Assembly (NCBI GenBank): GCA_951406725.2
Contig: OX597823.1
Coordinates: 96,348,001 to 96,412,000, forward strand
Length of the DNA: 64,000 bases
Direction: 5' to 3'
DNA from: Octopus vulgaris
Taxonomy: Eukaryota
Part shown: one piece after another, positions 27,010 through 40,460 of the stretch
Layout of the letters: each line of letters opens with the position of its first letter
Position numbering within the stretch: position 1 is the stretch's first letter
The notes under the pieces: generated by a model
Told to the model about the DNA's origin: nothing
What the model saw: only the letters and a program-made list of their open reading frames with translations
The model's database searches: none
Position numbers and translations under genes: made by a program

Positions 27010-28270
27010 TTTATTTTTATCACATGCTTTCACTTCACTACCGAGCACAGTTCTGTGTGCCTTGGGTATGTGCTGTGATTTGTTGTGATGCTCTTATTGT
27101 TACTGTATTAAAAGTGTTTTGCGTAGGATGTGTGCAGTGCCCAGTAGTGCTATTTTCTGTATGTTATGTATATTTGTAAGTCCAGGGGTTTTTGTTATGT
27201 ATTTGTCTGAATATTTTTTATCATACTTAATGCGCCTATTATGATAGGAATTGTTTCTGTTTTTAGACTCCACATTTGAGTTACCTTTATTCCAAGATCT
27301 TTGTTTTTTGAAAGTTTCTCCATTTCTTGTAGAGAAACGTTGTCATCTGTTGGTATTCATACGTTGATTAGAAAGCATTTTTCTTTTTTGGTGATCTCTA
27401 CAACTATATCGGGCCTATTGGCCTTAATTTCTTTATCAGTGTGTATTGGCACATCCCAGAGTATGGTTGCTTTCTCATTTACTGTGACCTTTTCTGGCGT
27501 GTGCTTATACATGTTTTTTCTGTTGTTATTCCATAGTCTTGGCGTAGCGTCCAGTGTATATAGATCCCAACTCTGTCGTATATGTGAATATATTCCTTCT
27601 TAACCAGGACTGGGCAGCCAGAGACAATACGATTTATTGTTTCTTGTCCATCTCCACTTATTCTGCAGTTACTTATGTTTGTTTTCATTATATGTTTTTG
27701 GCAATTTCTGGTGGGATGGCTTTGGTCTTGTGCTGCAATTAAAAATCCTTCAGTCTCTGCTTTGAGTCCTGAGCTTCTCAACCATTGCTGGGATTTTTCT
27801 TTGTCTATTTCTTTTGCGTTTAGTCTAACCAAGTATTTGCCATGAAAGGGCTTTTCTTGCCATCCTTTTTATCATGATCCGTTGATGCTCTAGTTTTAGT
27901 TTGGATTTCGCCTCTATCATCTTCCATAAGTTATATAACCTTTCTATGTCAGATTTTGGGTGGTGCATCTTAAATGCTATCACTATTTTTCTTGTTTTCC
28001 TGACGATTTTGTTTAGTTCATTTAGTGTCCAGTTAAAGATATTGTAGCTGTAACTTATAACTGAGACAGCTAGCGTGCTGATACCTATAATCTTGTTTTT
28101 CGCATTCAGCTCTGTTTTCAGTATTAATCTAACTCGTCTGCAGTGTTCTTTTTATTTATTTTTTTTCATATTTGTATGTTGTACCGTATCTAGTTCATTG
28201 ATTCCTAAGTATTTGCATGTCTGACTTCGTTCTAATTCTCTTATTTCATTTGCTGTATCTAGTGTGATGT
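27010..28270 (-). mobile_element. R4/Dong-like LINE 3' part (RT end, CCHC, restriction-like endonuclease)
   Basis: SQQWLRSSGLKAETEGFLIAAQDQ...CRISGDGQETINRIVSGCPVL, followed by ILWDV and RPDIV motifs. 3' end runs into AAT/AAC/AAG arrays. Confidence 0.85.
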
Positions 28271-28444
28271 TGCTATATTGTATCTTAACCTGTTTTTTTT
28301 TATATTACTTCTTGTCATCTTCCTTTCTGCCAATTCTACGAACAGCATTACCCTATTATCTTACTAAAATATATGAGTCTATATATAGACGTATACACGT
28401 ATACATGTGTGTATGTATGTAAATACAGATGCATGTATATATAC

Positions 28445-28475
<31 letters not shown>

Positions 28476-29132
28476 TGTATGTATGTATGTATGTATGTAT
28501 GTATGTATGTATGTATGTATGTATGTATGTCTGGATGTATGTATGTATGTTTATACATCATGTGTGTGTGTAAAACTTTAGATATGATCTTGAAAAACAT
28601 TTAAGTGGTTAATGGAAAGAATTACAGTTAACCTCTTCAAATCTTGAATATTGAATATTCCTCAAAAATATAAAAGTTATTATTTTCGCTTTGGTTGACA
28701 AAGAGGACATTGTGATTAACAGCTTCAATAATACAAACATTGAAATGTTATATGAAAGAAGCATTCAGAACTTGTTGCTTGTGAATTCATACAATTTCAT
28801 GGCGTCTGCGTTTTATAAAAAGGGGAGTTGCAATATTTAACTTCTTTTCATTCGTTGCTCAATATAATTTTGCTTGAGACTTTGCAACCGTCATAGATAA
28901 GCATTTCCCATAACCATAAATATCCTTTATCCTTTATCTTTTACTGGTTTCAGTCATTAGACTGTGGCCATGCTGGGGCATTGCTTAAAGAATTCTATTT
29001 GAACGATCGACCTCAATAGTTATTGTTTTTCTATCAAGCCTGGTATTTAATCTATTGCTCACTTGTACTGAACTCTTAAGTTACGGGGCTATAAACACAC
29101 CAAACTCGGTTGTCAAGCAGTGGTGGGAAACG

Positions 29133-29174
<42 letters not shown>

Positions 29175-29284
29175 CGTAAGCATACATATATATATACATA
29201 CATGTATATATACACACATATAAATACATACATATAAATGCACATATATATACTTATATACATATACATTAATGTATGTATATA

Positions 29285-30397
29285 TTAGCAGTATCACCCG
29301 GCGTTGCTCGGGTTTGTAAGGGAAATAACTATATAAGCATTTTTAGTGAGTTATAGCAAAAAAATAGCAAAACATGCATTAAAAATGGAATAAAAAATTA
29401 TGGTATTTTTTTTTTTAATCGTTGACTCACCGTAGACATTTTTAGAGAGTTACTTCCCTTATATAATAGCGAAAAATGCATTAAAATGGAATAAAAAATT
29501 ATGGTAATTTTTTTTTAATCGTTGACTCACCGTAGACATTTTTAGAGAGTTACTTCCCTTATATAATAGCGAAACATGCATTAAAAATGAAATAAAAAAT
29601 GATGGTAATTTTTTTTTAATCTCTGACTCATCGTAGACATTTTTAGAGAGTTACTTCCCTTATATAATAGCGAAAAAATGCATTAAAATGGAAAAAATGA
29701 TGGTAAATTTTTTTTAAATCGTAGACTCATCGTAGACGCGCGCTAATACCCAGAAGGGCTCGATATGAATCACGACTATATGATACCCGGTTTTGGTTAC
29801 ACTGCACCGCAAAATGTGGGAGTAGTTAGGAATCTAAATCGTAGGAGACAGACACACAACCTTACTTTTATATATAAAGATTTGTGCAACAACTAAAACA
29901 TTCGGTTGTGCAAATTGTTTGCACAGGAAACCTGTCCTGTGTGGCGGTAATTGCCGTTTTTGTGGATCTGTTTCAGCTTTTTTAGCGATTTCTGTTTTGG
30001 CGACTTCAAGCCATGAAGTCGTTGTTCTAAAAGAACGCTGGTCTCCTTGACAACGCATTACGACGTTGATTTCCTTACACTCCCTTCCCCACAGCTTCAC
30101 GAGGGAGGGAAGAAGGGGGAGAAGCAACACAGGTGCAGATGTGAGCGTGGACGCCAACTCCGCCGCCATCGACACACGAAAAAATATGCATTAAAATGGA
30201 ATAAAAAATTATGTTAAATTATTTTTAAAATCGTAGACTCATCGTAGACGCGTGCTAATACCCAGACGGGCTCGATATGAATCACGACTATAAGATACCC
30301 GAATTTGGTTAAACTGCACCGCAAAATGTGGGAGTTGTTAGGAATCTAAATCGAAGGGGACAGACACTCACACAACTACAGTTTTATATATATAGAT
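29285..30397 (-). mobile_element. Non-autonomous Helitron-type element with about 100 bp internal tandem repeats and a duplicated 5' block
   Basis: Same termini as the 25738 element, inverted. Repeat unit ATTTTTAGAGAGTTACTTCCC...CGTAGAC occurs about 4 times (29339-29740). Block 29680-29880 is repeated at 30185-30397. Confidence 0.75.
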
Positions 30398-31526
30398 ATA
30401 TATATGTATAAATATATGCATATATGTATAAATATATGCATATATACTGTTGTATATGGGAGAGCCATTTTCTTTTTGTGCCTTATAATGTAACACACTC
30501 ACCGATAAAATTTCCACGTTTTTCTTATTTTTATTTTCCTAAACTTTTCGATGGGTCTTGCAACCTTTTCAATAGTCTTGACTCTGTTCGTTGTTTACAC
30601 TGCGTTCCCTTTTGTTTGTTTGTGCGCATGTGTGTGGGTCTGTGTGTGTGTGCTTATACTATACATGCATGCATGTACGTATGTATGTGTGTGTTTGCCT
30701 GTGTATGTATGTGTATATGTGTGTGTATGCACCTATCCGTACATAGGTTACTAGAACAGACATATATGGAGACACGGATCCACACATATAAAGATGCACA
30801 TCCATACATACAAACGTGGTCCATAGTTGCATAACACACACACACACACAGAGACATGCACACACAAGGAGACAGAGGTGCATACGCATACAAACACATG
30901 CTCACACACACATATATAGAAAATACACAAACACGGACATGCAAGCACATAAATATGCAGGATACGTACATACAGATGCACTCACATACATACATATATA
31001 CATATGCATACACACATATATATACATATATACACATGCAAACACACACATACATACGTACATGCATGCATGTATAGCTGACATTGGTGACATTAGTCCC
31101 AAACAGTAGGTGAATACTTCAAGGACTTACCTTACCAAGAATGATTTACAACCCATCAAATCAAGTTCCATGATGCCAGAGAAAGGGAAGATGGTTGAAA
31201 AATTCTATTTCTTACTGTCTGAAACCACCAATCCCTTTATTACTAATTAACTATCAGGAGAACTCTTTGACACAGCTCTGAAATCTCTGCCATCCTTCAA
31301 AAACCCATCAATTACCAAGGTCAACAATTCAGGCCTGAACAAGAGAAATCATAGAATAAGGGACAGTTGGGACCTGAAGGTGTCATCAACTGGCATCAAA
31401 GTGGAAATGGAAGGTTGCAGGGTTATGCCTAATACCAAAGGAGTTGATGAGAACCATGGCAACTGGCAGAATGGGTTTAGAATAATTCCTACAAGATCCA
31501 AGGTTAACAAGGTCGAAGACAAAGAT

Positions 31527-31628
31527 AGACACCATCTTATCCAGGGAGATATCTGGGTATAGACACCATCTTATCCAGAGAGATATCTGGGTATGGACAC
31601 CATCTTATCCAGGGAGATATCTGGGTAT
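31527..31628. repeat. Tandem repeat, 3 x 34 bp
   Basis: Unit AGACACCATCTTATCCAGGGAGATATCTGGGTAT. Confidence 0.95.
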
Positions 31629-32019
31629 ATAGAGGGTGAAAGAGTGAAGAAAATGGAATAAGTTCTGGGGTTTTATTGATAGAGTTTTCTACAAAAATAC
31701 ATCTCTATGATGCAATGTATGTTGGGACTGGATATTGATTGTGGTTCCAAGACATTGTCGCCATAGCGTGAAGTGTTCTGGCAATGGTTATTGATAATAT
31801 TTCCAATATAACCCCTAAATCAGAATAGATTCTGGGATTAATTCTTGAAAACAATCTTTACAAAGTCCCTCCACACAAAATATTCTGGGTTAACCCTCAG
31901 CAGTGGCATAAGTGCGAGAAGAAGAAGAAGAAGAAGAAGAAGAAGAAGAAGAAGAAGAAGAAGAAGAAGAAGAAGAAGAAGAAGAAGAAGAAGAAGAAGA
32001 AGAAGAAGAAGAGACACCA

Positions 32020-32576
32020 CGACAATATAGCAAGGATTGTCCATTGGACACTTTGCAACAAGTATGGACTTGACAGAGCAAAAAATTGGTACGACCACGA
32101 ACCTGAAGGCATGGTCGAAAATAGAAATGCAAAGATCCTATGGGATTTTATGAGTCAGTGCGACCATGAGATAGAGAATAGGAAACCGGACATAGTCTTA
32201 ATTGAGAAAGAAAACAAACTATGCTGGATCATAGATATAGCATGCTCAGCTGACAACAAGGTATGCGATAAGGAAGAAAGAAAAGTCGAGAGATATGACA
32301 GGTTAGCTTGGGAAGTTAAGCAGTTGTGGTCGATGAAAAAGATGGTAGTAGTACCAATAATTGTCGAAGCCCGGGGAACAGTGAGCAAAAATCTTGAAAA
32401 GTACGTGGAAGAAATAGGAGCTGCAATAAGGGTGGAGCACTTGCAGAAAACCACTGCTTGGAAACCGCCTGAATACTCCGGAAGGTGCTCGAAAAATAAG
32501 AGGTGTTACCTTAGTTCCCTGGTAGCGAACAGCTGACATCGTTGTACATCTCCAGCGTTAGAAGCTCTGCAAAGAC
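32020..32576 (+). mobile_element. R4/Dong-like LINE 3' end (restriction-like endonuclease) with (TAA)n tail
   Basis: AKILWDFMSQCDHEIENRKPDIVLIEKENKLCWIIDIACSAD...KEERKVERY...VVPIIV is a PD-(D/E)xK RLE signature. Confidence 0.9.
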
Positions 32577-32751
<175 letters not shown>

Positions 32752-32755
32752 GCTT

Positions 32756-32851
<96 letters not shown>

Positions 32852-33232
32852 TTATATTTGTACATCAGTCATATTGGATTAATCTCATCACAGAAAATAA
32901 TGTTTCAAATTAGTCCAAAAATGTTTCTACGCTTATTTTTTGGTGGTGAAAATTTTTAGAAGGTTGCTTAAAGCGTTTTCATTGCCCCTGCACCACCAAA
33001 TTTTAGTGGCTGTACTCGCACTGTTCCCGAGCCAATGAACAGTGGTCCCTTTGACAGTGACTCCTTCCCTATTATACAATCGATTCTGGGAGTGTCACAT
33101 GACCGTTGTTCCTACAACAAAGTCCTTTGAATACACACTGACTATGAAAGGGGTCTCCAAGAAACACTGTTTCTACGATTCCTAAATTATAAAATGTATA
33201 CATTAAATAATTTTTCATATTTCTAATTGCAG

Positions 33233-33336
33233 CTGAATCTCGTTTGCGATGATGCGATTCTGGCAAGGCACGCCATTACCTTTTTCTTCATGGGCTACCT
33301 TTTCGCCATGGTTATCTGTGGAATTTTATCAGACAG
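33233..33336 (+). CDS. SLC22 transporter coding exon 3
   Basis: Acceptor TTGCAG, donor AG|GTAAG. Translation LNLVCDDAILARHAITFFFMGYLFAMVICGILSDR carries the LVC and G.LSDR motifs. 104 bp. Confidence 0.95.
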
Positions 33337-34332
33337 GTAAGTTTTGTGTGTCACACCTGCATTCTGGTATGTTCAGTGTTTGCATTATATTTTTGCATAT
33401 TTCATAAATATGCATGTGTGTTTATGTATGAGTGTATATATGAATGTGTCTGGGTGGAGCATGTATATGTATATATGGTTGTGGATGTTAACTCGTGACC
33501 GAGTATGATCACTTCATAAATTCAAAACTTCCTTGCAAACGCTCTGAGAGTCCAAGAAGTTCCTGTGCATGGATTTGGTTTGAGAAGAACCACTTTTCTG
33601 AGTAAACAGCCGTAAAACCAGAGGCATAACAGAGGCTGAGATGACCAGAAGCCAACTGCATTTCAATGCTTTTTTATACATGTTTACCTTTGTCTAAGAG
33701 GAAGTTCTGACAAGAAGTAGGGGTCATTCATTCCCAGTGATTTACATGCAAATTAAACCATATCTGGGACCCTAACAGGTGCTTCTATTGCAGGTCAGAT
33801 CTGGGACCAATAGTATCAATACATACATAAATATGTACATACATACATACATATATATTGATTGGTACACACATGCACACACACCAGCATTTTTTCTTTT
33901 ATGTCTTCCAGTCATTTGACTGCGGCCATGCTGGAGCACCAGCTTTAGTCGAACAAATCGACGTCAGGACATATTCTTTGTAAGCCTAGTACTTATTCTA
34001 TCAGGCTCTTTTGCCGAAATGCTAAGTTATGGGGACGTAAACACACCAACATCGGTGGCAAGCGATGGAGGTGGAAACAAACAGACACACAAATACATAC
34101 ATATGTGCATATATATATATATGCAAATTGAGGTAGGGGTTGTAAATGCAACCCTCCATGGGATAACATATATCCAATATACTGCTAGTGAAGTACCCAA
34201 CAAAGTTAATACATAAATGTTAAGGACTGCGATGCAATCAATTCATTTACTGTATTATATGGGCGAAGGTAAAATGATTTACCACAAATTACTAATACAA
34301 GATAAAAAAATGGAGAAATACATCTAAATCAA

Positions 34333-35214
34333 ATATCAATTACCAGATAATACTCAATCACATACTTTATTAAACCACCACATAAGAGACTGTAGGGTTA
34401 AACATAAAAAAAGCAGAACAAATCAGTGTACATAAATGAATGTACATAAAAAAGTGTACATAAAAGAGTAATATTGTATAATAAGTAAAATATGTATAAA
34501 AAAGAGAATATACATATAAGTAAATATAAATATAAGTATAGATTACATCTTACAGCTGTTTCGGCCATGTAGATAAGTATGTCTCATTTTACCAATATTG
34601 GCCTTTTATGGTAGGTCAATATATAGATATAAATGAGACATTTACAAAAATATCATAAGGCCTCCTCGGAGATATACATATACATATGAGTGCATATACT
34701 CACACTCCTATACATATAAAAATATACATATACATAATAATGTAAATAAATAATATAAATTAGTAAACATATATACGTTCCATATTCAATGTCTGAGTTC
34801 TTCAATTTAATATTGTGGTAATAAACATACACATATTAGTACCTAGATGCAAATATACACAGTCAATAGTACATTATATTACTTCCTACTAATTTCCAAA
34901 TTGTAAATGTCTCATTTATATCTATATATTGACCTACCATAAAAGGCCAATATTGGTAAAATGAGACATACTTATCTACATGGCCGAAACAGCTGTAAGA
35001 TGTAATCTATACTTATATTTATATTTACTTATATGTATATTCTCTTTTTTATATATATTCTACTTATTATACAACATTACTCTTTTATGTACACTTTTTT
35101 ATGTACATTCATTTATGTACACTGATTTGTTCTGCTTTTTTATGTTTAACCCTACAGTCTCTTATGTGGTGGTTTAATAAAGTATGTGATTGAGTATTAT
35201 CTGGTAATTGATAT
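34333..35214. repeat. Long inverted repeat, about 315 bp arms (34333-34647 and 34901-35214)
   Basis: Near-perfect reverse-complement arms. Confidence 0.95.
34544..34676 (-). ncRNA. Hammerhead ribozyme, U4C core variant, long stem II
   Basis: Minus strand: TATATCT CCGAGGA GGCC...GGCC GAAA CAGCTG TA AGATGTA. Confidence 0.75.
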
Positions 35215-35563
35215 CTCCATTTTCTTATCTTGTATATATATATATTGTATATATATATCTATATATATATATCTTCACGCATATATACGAGTTCCCGTCT
35301 ACCAAATCCACCCACAAGGCTTTTGGTCGGCCCGACGCTATAGTAGAAAACCTTACCCAAGGCGCTGTGTAATGGGACTGAACCTGGAACCATGTGGTTG
35401 GGAAGCAAGCTTCTTTATTTCATCAGATTTGCCATATACAAAGATAGAAGCAAGTGCGGGCTGGACAATAACACAGATGAGATGAAATGATGAACGACTT
35501 AACGATATTAATGAGAGAAGCAAATCGACGCCCGCCAATCGAAGCCCCTCGAGAACACTGTTC

Positions 35564-37185
35564 TTTTTTTTATTTTTATTTCTTTCGTTTTTTTAATAAA
35601 AACAAAAAAATAACAACACAAATGAGGTAATTGAACCTCTAACATTAACATCAATTGAGGCGCTAAGCCTCTTATCAATCTATATTGTTCTTGAGGCAAC
35701 AAACCTCTACACTGTTCGCAATGTTCAATAAAAAATTCAATAACAAAATGAGGCACTGAGCCTCTTACCTTTCTTTCCAAACTCAGAACTTTCAATAACA
35801 CTGAGGCTTTTCAACCTCAACATCGCTTGTGCCCGCATACTCCGCCATCGCCCACGCCTCATTCAAGATCAAAGAGGGTGCGGTGTGGGCGTCGCTTGGC
35901 CACAAGTGATATTCTTCATTGAGTCCCTTCAGCCTACGCATCACAGGCAACCTTATGACCTCCACAGCTATCTGCGGAGGCCATTCGGGATCCTGTGTAC
36001 AGGCTAAAGGTACTCTCTTATGGTACTTTTCCACCACCTTTTCTACCTCTCCGCCTCTATAGAAGAAGACCAATAATTCGTCTTCCTCCGGAGGCGGGAT
36101 ATCCAATTCTACCGTTGGCAGCACAATTCCCTGCCAGCAGTGTCTTTTCCCCTGCCGGTGGTACAACCCCTACCGACGAGGTTCCGGGACATTCCGGTAC
36201 TATGTCACCGTCTGTCGGCAATGTCCCGTTTCTCTTCTTCTTCCTCTTTATTTTTCTTTTCAACTGAAGGAGGGTGCGTCTCCTCCGTGACCGGGAGATT
36301 CGCCTCCCTTTCCACATCCCTAGGAGCCTTCGGTGAGCGCCCATTGTAGCTGACCTTCTTCCTCTTGAGGCCCATCTTTGAGGAGTCCTTCGCCTCCTCG
36401 GCCGACTTCATTCCCTCTTCTACTGAGATCTCAACCAACTGCTCCAGGACCCTATTTTGTTCCTGGGGACAGTTTTTCTTTATATGGCCAGGCTCCAGGC
36501 ACCGATAACACCTGGTGGGGAGCGACCCTCAAGAATCACCGGGTACCTGCACCCGGCTATTTTCAAAAAGTCTGGAAAAACCAGATTGGCTGATTGGGTC
36601 CAAAGGGTCAAAACAGCTTTTGACTCAACCCAATCAGCCGCAGGAAAAACTTTCGCACCTCTGGAGATGAATTTAATAGTTGGTAAATATTCTGCCAACT
36701 CTTTCTCGATTTCACTCTTTTGAAAGAGGGCGATGGCGTCGAACAACTTGGAGTACGTTCGCAGCACCACCATCCTCTCTTCAAAGTCTTTCATCCACTG
36801 TTTGGGCGGGACAATTTCCCACTCCAGCACTGTTATTTATCTTCTTTGCAGTGTTTCTTTTTTGAAAAAAAGTCTACAAAAAACAAAGTTAAAAAAAATA
36901 CAGGAAGGAAGAAGACGAGAAACAGTTAAAAAAACACAGCAAATTCTTCTAGCTGTCCTGGTACTCCTGGCCAACTTGGTAATCCTCCTGGCAAGGGCAC
37001 AAAACAGTCACAAAAAAATAACACAATTCTCGGAGGGATAAGCCCCCAAAACACACTTCTCACCGCTAAGTGAGACTCCAGACACAACAACAGGCAGACA
37101 AATGCGTGGGACTCATTGAAGATTTCTTGCTTGACAAAAATAAATAAGCATGAGCAACAAAGCCCCACTGGATCCCCCCCCCCCA
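35564..37185 (-). mobile_element. Gag/ORF1-only retroelement (CCHC zinc knuckle), frameshifted, no RT
   Basis: CYRCLEPGHIKKNC at 36469-36510 links the ORFs 36830-36480, 36438-36205 and 36166-35792. G-rich 5' end and A-rich 3' tail. Confidence 0.7.
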
Positions 37186-37313
37186 AAAAAAATGTCTTAC
37201 CTAGTAGTTGTGCTTCAATAACTCACGACGTTGGTATACAAAGACTCCAACAGCGAAGAAGGACGCGTCCACACAGTAGTGAGGTGAGCAAGCTTATTAA
37301 CACAGTCACCTCT

Positions 37314-37359
<46 letters not shown>

Positions 37360-37564
37360 AATAATGAAGGGTGAAATTAATTAATTTGGAATAATTATCA
37401 ATTACACCAAGTAGTCTTCGGCATAAAAGCCTCAATTGCTGTGTTTTTTACTGAGATCTCCCTTTTTAGTAGAAGAAATAGCTATAACTCTTTGACTGCT
37501 ATTTCTAAATTCGGTATGTGGTAAGGCAATTCGTTGCTAAACCCCTTTATTGCTTAGTATTACT

Positions 37565-37600
<36 letters not shown>

Positions 37601-38719
37601 TATACACGTGTGCGTGTATATATATATATAAATGAATATTTATTATTCTTAAGCAAGAATGTTATAGACAGTGACTTCGAAGTTTCGGCCAGCTAAGCCA
37701 TAGTCCGACTGCAATACGTTAGAGTTAGTCTTGTCTTTATATAGTCTGAGCTAGAATCTTCCTTGGGTCTGTCGGTTTGAGTGGAGTGGTAATCACGTTT
37801 TTATGGTCGATTATTATGGAGAGGTGTTTTGGAGAAATTTTTATTGATTAAATGTGGGACGATGTTATTGTTTAGAATTTATTCATTTAGGTAGAAATTT
37901 GTAGACAAGTGTGTAGGTGTTTCTCTTTTGTTAGATAGGCACGAGTTGTGAGAGTATTGTTGTTGCTTTTGGTATTATTGGATGTATTGGATTTGACAAT
38001 GCAATGGTCAAAGGTACAAAGTCCAGTATTCAAGTCCTTAGTAATTGGGTGCTTCAACGTTTTGTTTTTAACAAAAGAATGTAGGTAGATGGTAAACTCT
38101 GGCTGAGAAATACCTAAACGTTTATAAATTTCTACATACCATAAGATTGGTACCAGGCTTGAGAAAAAAGTCCTGGGATCGTTTCATTTGACTAGACATT
38201 CCTCAAGGCAGTGCCCCAGCATGGCCACAATCGAAAGACTGAAACAAGTAAAAGACACATTAATAAAGAGTACAACCGTTTCTTCACAAATTAAAGCAAA
38301 TAAAGAAAACTAGGTCATCAGATTAGCGGAACATCAACTGTTCAACTTTAAAAATACACAATAAAGTCCACTCTTTATATATACAATGTACTTAAGGCCA
38401 GAATTGGACGAAATTACATGGATTTGGGCCATAGAAGTAAATATCAAAGTGAAGATATATTGTGTTGCTATTATTATAGAAAAAAATGTTCATCGCATTT
38501 GGATATCCTCATATCAATTAAGTTCAGGAATTTCCCATCCTTAATTTAAGCAAAATAACAAGAAGAAATAACAAGTGGTGAAGTAAAACTAATACAAAAA
38601 ATATATGAAAATATAATCAAATAATATTAAAGAACACTTCACCAAAGTAATTTCACAAAAGGGAAAATGGGGGACAAAAGATCTGATGATTTAAAGATTC
38701 TATTGAATTCATGGATAAC

Positions 38720-39030
38720 TTCCTTCATAAGTAATTTCCTGGATTGTTACATGATGTCCTTCCATAACTATTCGCCGAATCTTCTCAATCACCGCCTCGT
38801 TTCCGCTTGTGGATGGCCTGCCTGAACATTCCTCCCTCACCACTCAGTAGAAGCCATGTTTGGAGCAGTTATACCACTCCTTAATCTGAGTTTTGTCCAT
38901 GGTATCATATCGCCAATGGTTTGTTGAATTCTCTAGATGGTTTGAGCTTGAGTACCACCAAGCTTTTGGCCAAACATGAAAATCCAAGTGAGAACTGCAT
39001 ATCTGTACTTTAGGCATAACAGCCGAGAAC
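38720..39030 (-). mobile_element. Mariner N-terminal fragment
   Basis: GRPSTSGNEAVIEKIRRIVMEGHHVTIQEI-like HTH linker. Confidence 0.55.
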
Positions 39031-39150
39031 TGATGCAGCCAACAGGCGCAGGAAGGGCAGTGTCACCCACCCCCTTCCAAAGGATTTTGCCCACGTGACA
39101 TTAGATTTGGAGGAGAAAACATTAAATTCGGATACCTTTTGAGCACACCT

Positions 39151-39231
<81 letters not shown>

Positions 39232-39288
39232 GTGTGTGTGTGTGTTTAATCAGATGAATTTTAAGTTTGTTTCTTCAATCTTTTTCAG

Positions 39289-39443
39289 ATTTGGTCGCAA
39301 GAAAGTGATAATTGTGTGTTTATTCTTGCAAGGGTCATCCGGAATAGCAACGGCCTTCATCTCCAATATTTATGCCATATATGTGTTACGTTTTCTCACC
39401 GCTGTTGGTGGTTCTGGATCCTACGTTCCCTCAGTTGTCTTTG
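39289..39443 (+). CDS. SLC22 transporter coding exon 4
   Basis: Acceptor TTTTTCAG, donor G|GTAAG. Translation FGRKKVIIVCLFLQG...YVLRFLTAVGGSGSYVPSVVF completes the MFS A-motif DRFGRK. 155 bp. Confidence 0.95.
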
Positions 39444-39739
39444 GTAAGCAAACAACAATAAAACACCATAAATGTCCACTTTTGAATTTGAATGCAAGTT
39501 CAATTATGTTCTGTCTTTTATTCTTTGTTTGCTCTCATCGATTAGAAGGAGCCCTTTCAGATGTTTTAATCATATCAACAACTTTGTTTTATCTCATTAC
39601 GCAAGAAATGTTACGTTGCTCTGAGTGGAAAGGCAACAGTCTTCATGAGGCAGTGTGCCAAGTGACATTCCTGTGTTCGCAAGTTGTAAAATTTGTGTTC
39701 TTGGGATCACGTGTATGGTGTAGTCTGCACTTTTTGTCA

Positions 39740-40460
39740 AGGACAGGAAGTTGGAACAAAGAACCATGAAATTTTTCAAACTTAGCAAGTCTCCTACAGA
39801 GACATTGAGCATGCTTCAGGAATCTTACGGTGATGAGGCAATGGGTCGTACGCAAAGTTTCAAGTGGCACAGATGCTTCAAAAGCGGAAGAACGTCCCTG
39901 GGAGAGGATGAACGATCAGGAAGACCTGCCAGGAGCGTCACCTACCGGAAATGTGGAGAGCATTGATCAGCTTGTGTCTGTGGATGGACGGATGGCAACG
40001 AACGAGGTTTTGAAGCGTTTGAGGGAGGACATTCGGCGAAAGCGATCGGATTTGTGGAGAACAAAGAATTAAAATTCATAAAGACGACAGTGCCCCCTGT
40101 CACCAAGCTCTTCTCACCTGTGAGTTTCACGCCAAAGCAACATCGTATCGCTTCCACAACCGCCATATTTGCCAGATCTTGCACCTGCGCACTTCCGTTT
40201 CTTCCCACAAGATGAAAATGCAGCTCAAAGGTTGCCATTTCGACACCATTGTCAAGATCAAGAGAGAAAGGCAGAAGGTCCTCGACATGTTTACAGAAAA
40301 TTACTTCCAGGCTGGATACCAAAACTGGCAGGAACACTGGGACAGGTGAATTGTTGCGTAAGGTGGCTATTTCGAAAAAGATGATGTTTAAAACTTAGAT
40401 AAATAAGTTATTTTTTTATTAAACATAAATAGTCTTGGAAGATTTTCATACCACCTCGTA
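39740..40460 (+). mobile_element. Degenerate, internally deleted mariner
   Basis: EQRTMKFFKLSKSPTETLSMLQESYGDEAMGRTQSFKWHRCFKSGRTSLGEDERSGRP and PPYLPDLAP motifs. Right TIR ...TTTTCATACCACCTCGTA. Confidence 0.85.

Noticed and set aside
29339-29740. About 100-bp repeat array as a CRISPR-like locus
   Set aside because: Whole units repeat, and they lie inside a Helitron-type element.
31527-31628. 3 x 34-bp hairpin-containing repeat as a CRISPR array
   Set aside because: The units are contiguous with no spacers, there are no cas genes, and the context is eukaryotic.
31090-31830. Possible decayed PLE coding sequence
   Set aside because: No motif I could confidently read.
39152-39769. 205-aa ORF as a single-exon gene
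   Set aside because: Only 39289-39443 is exon. The rest is a GT repeat and intron read-through.
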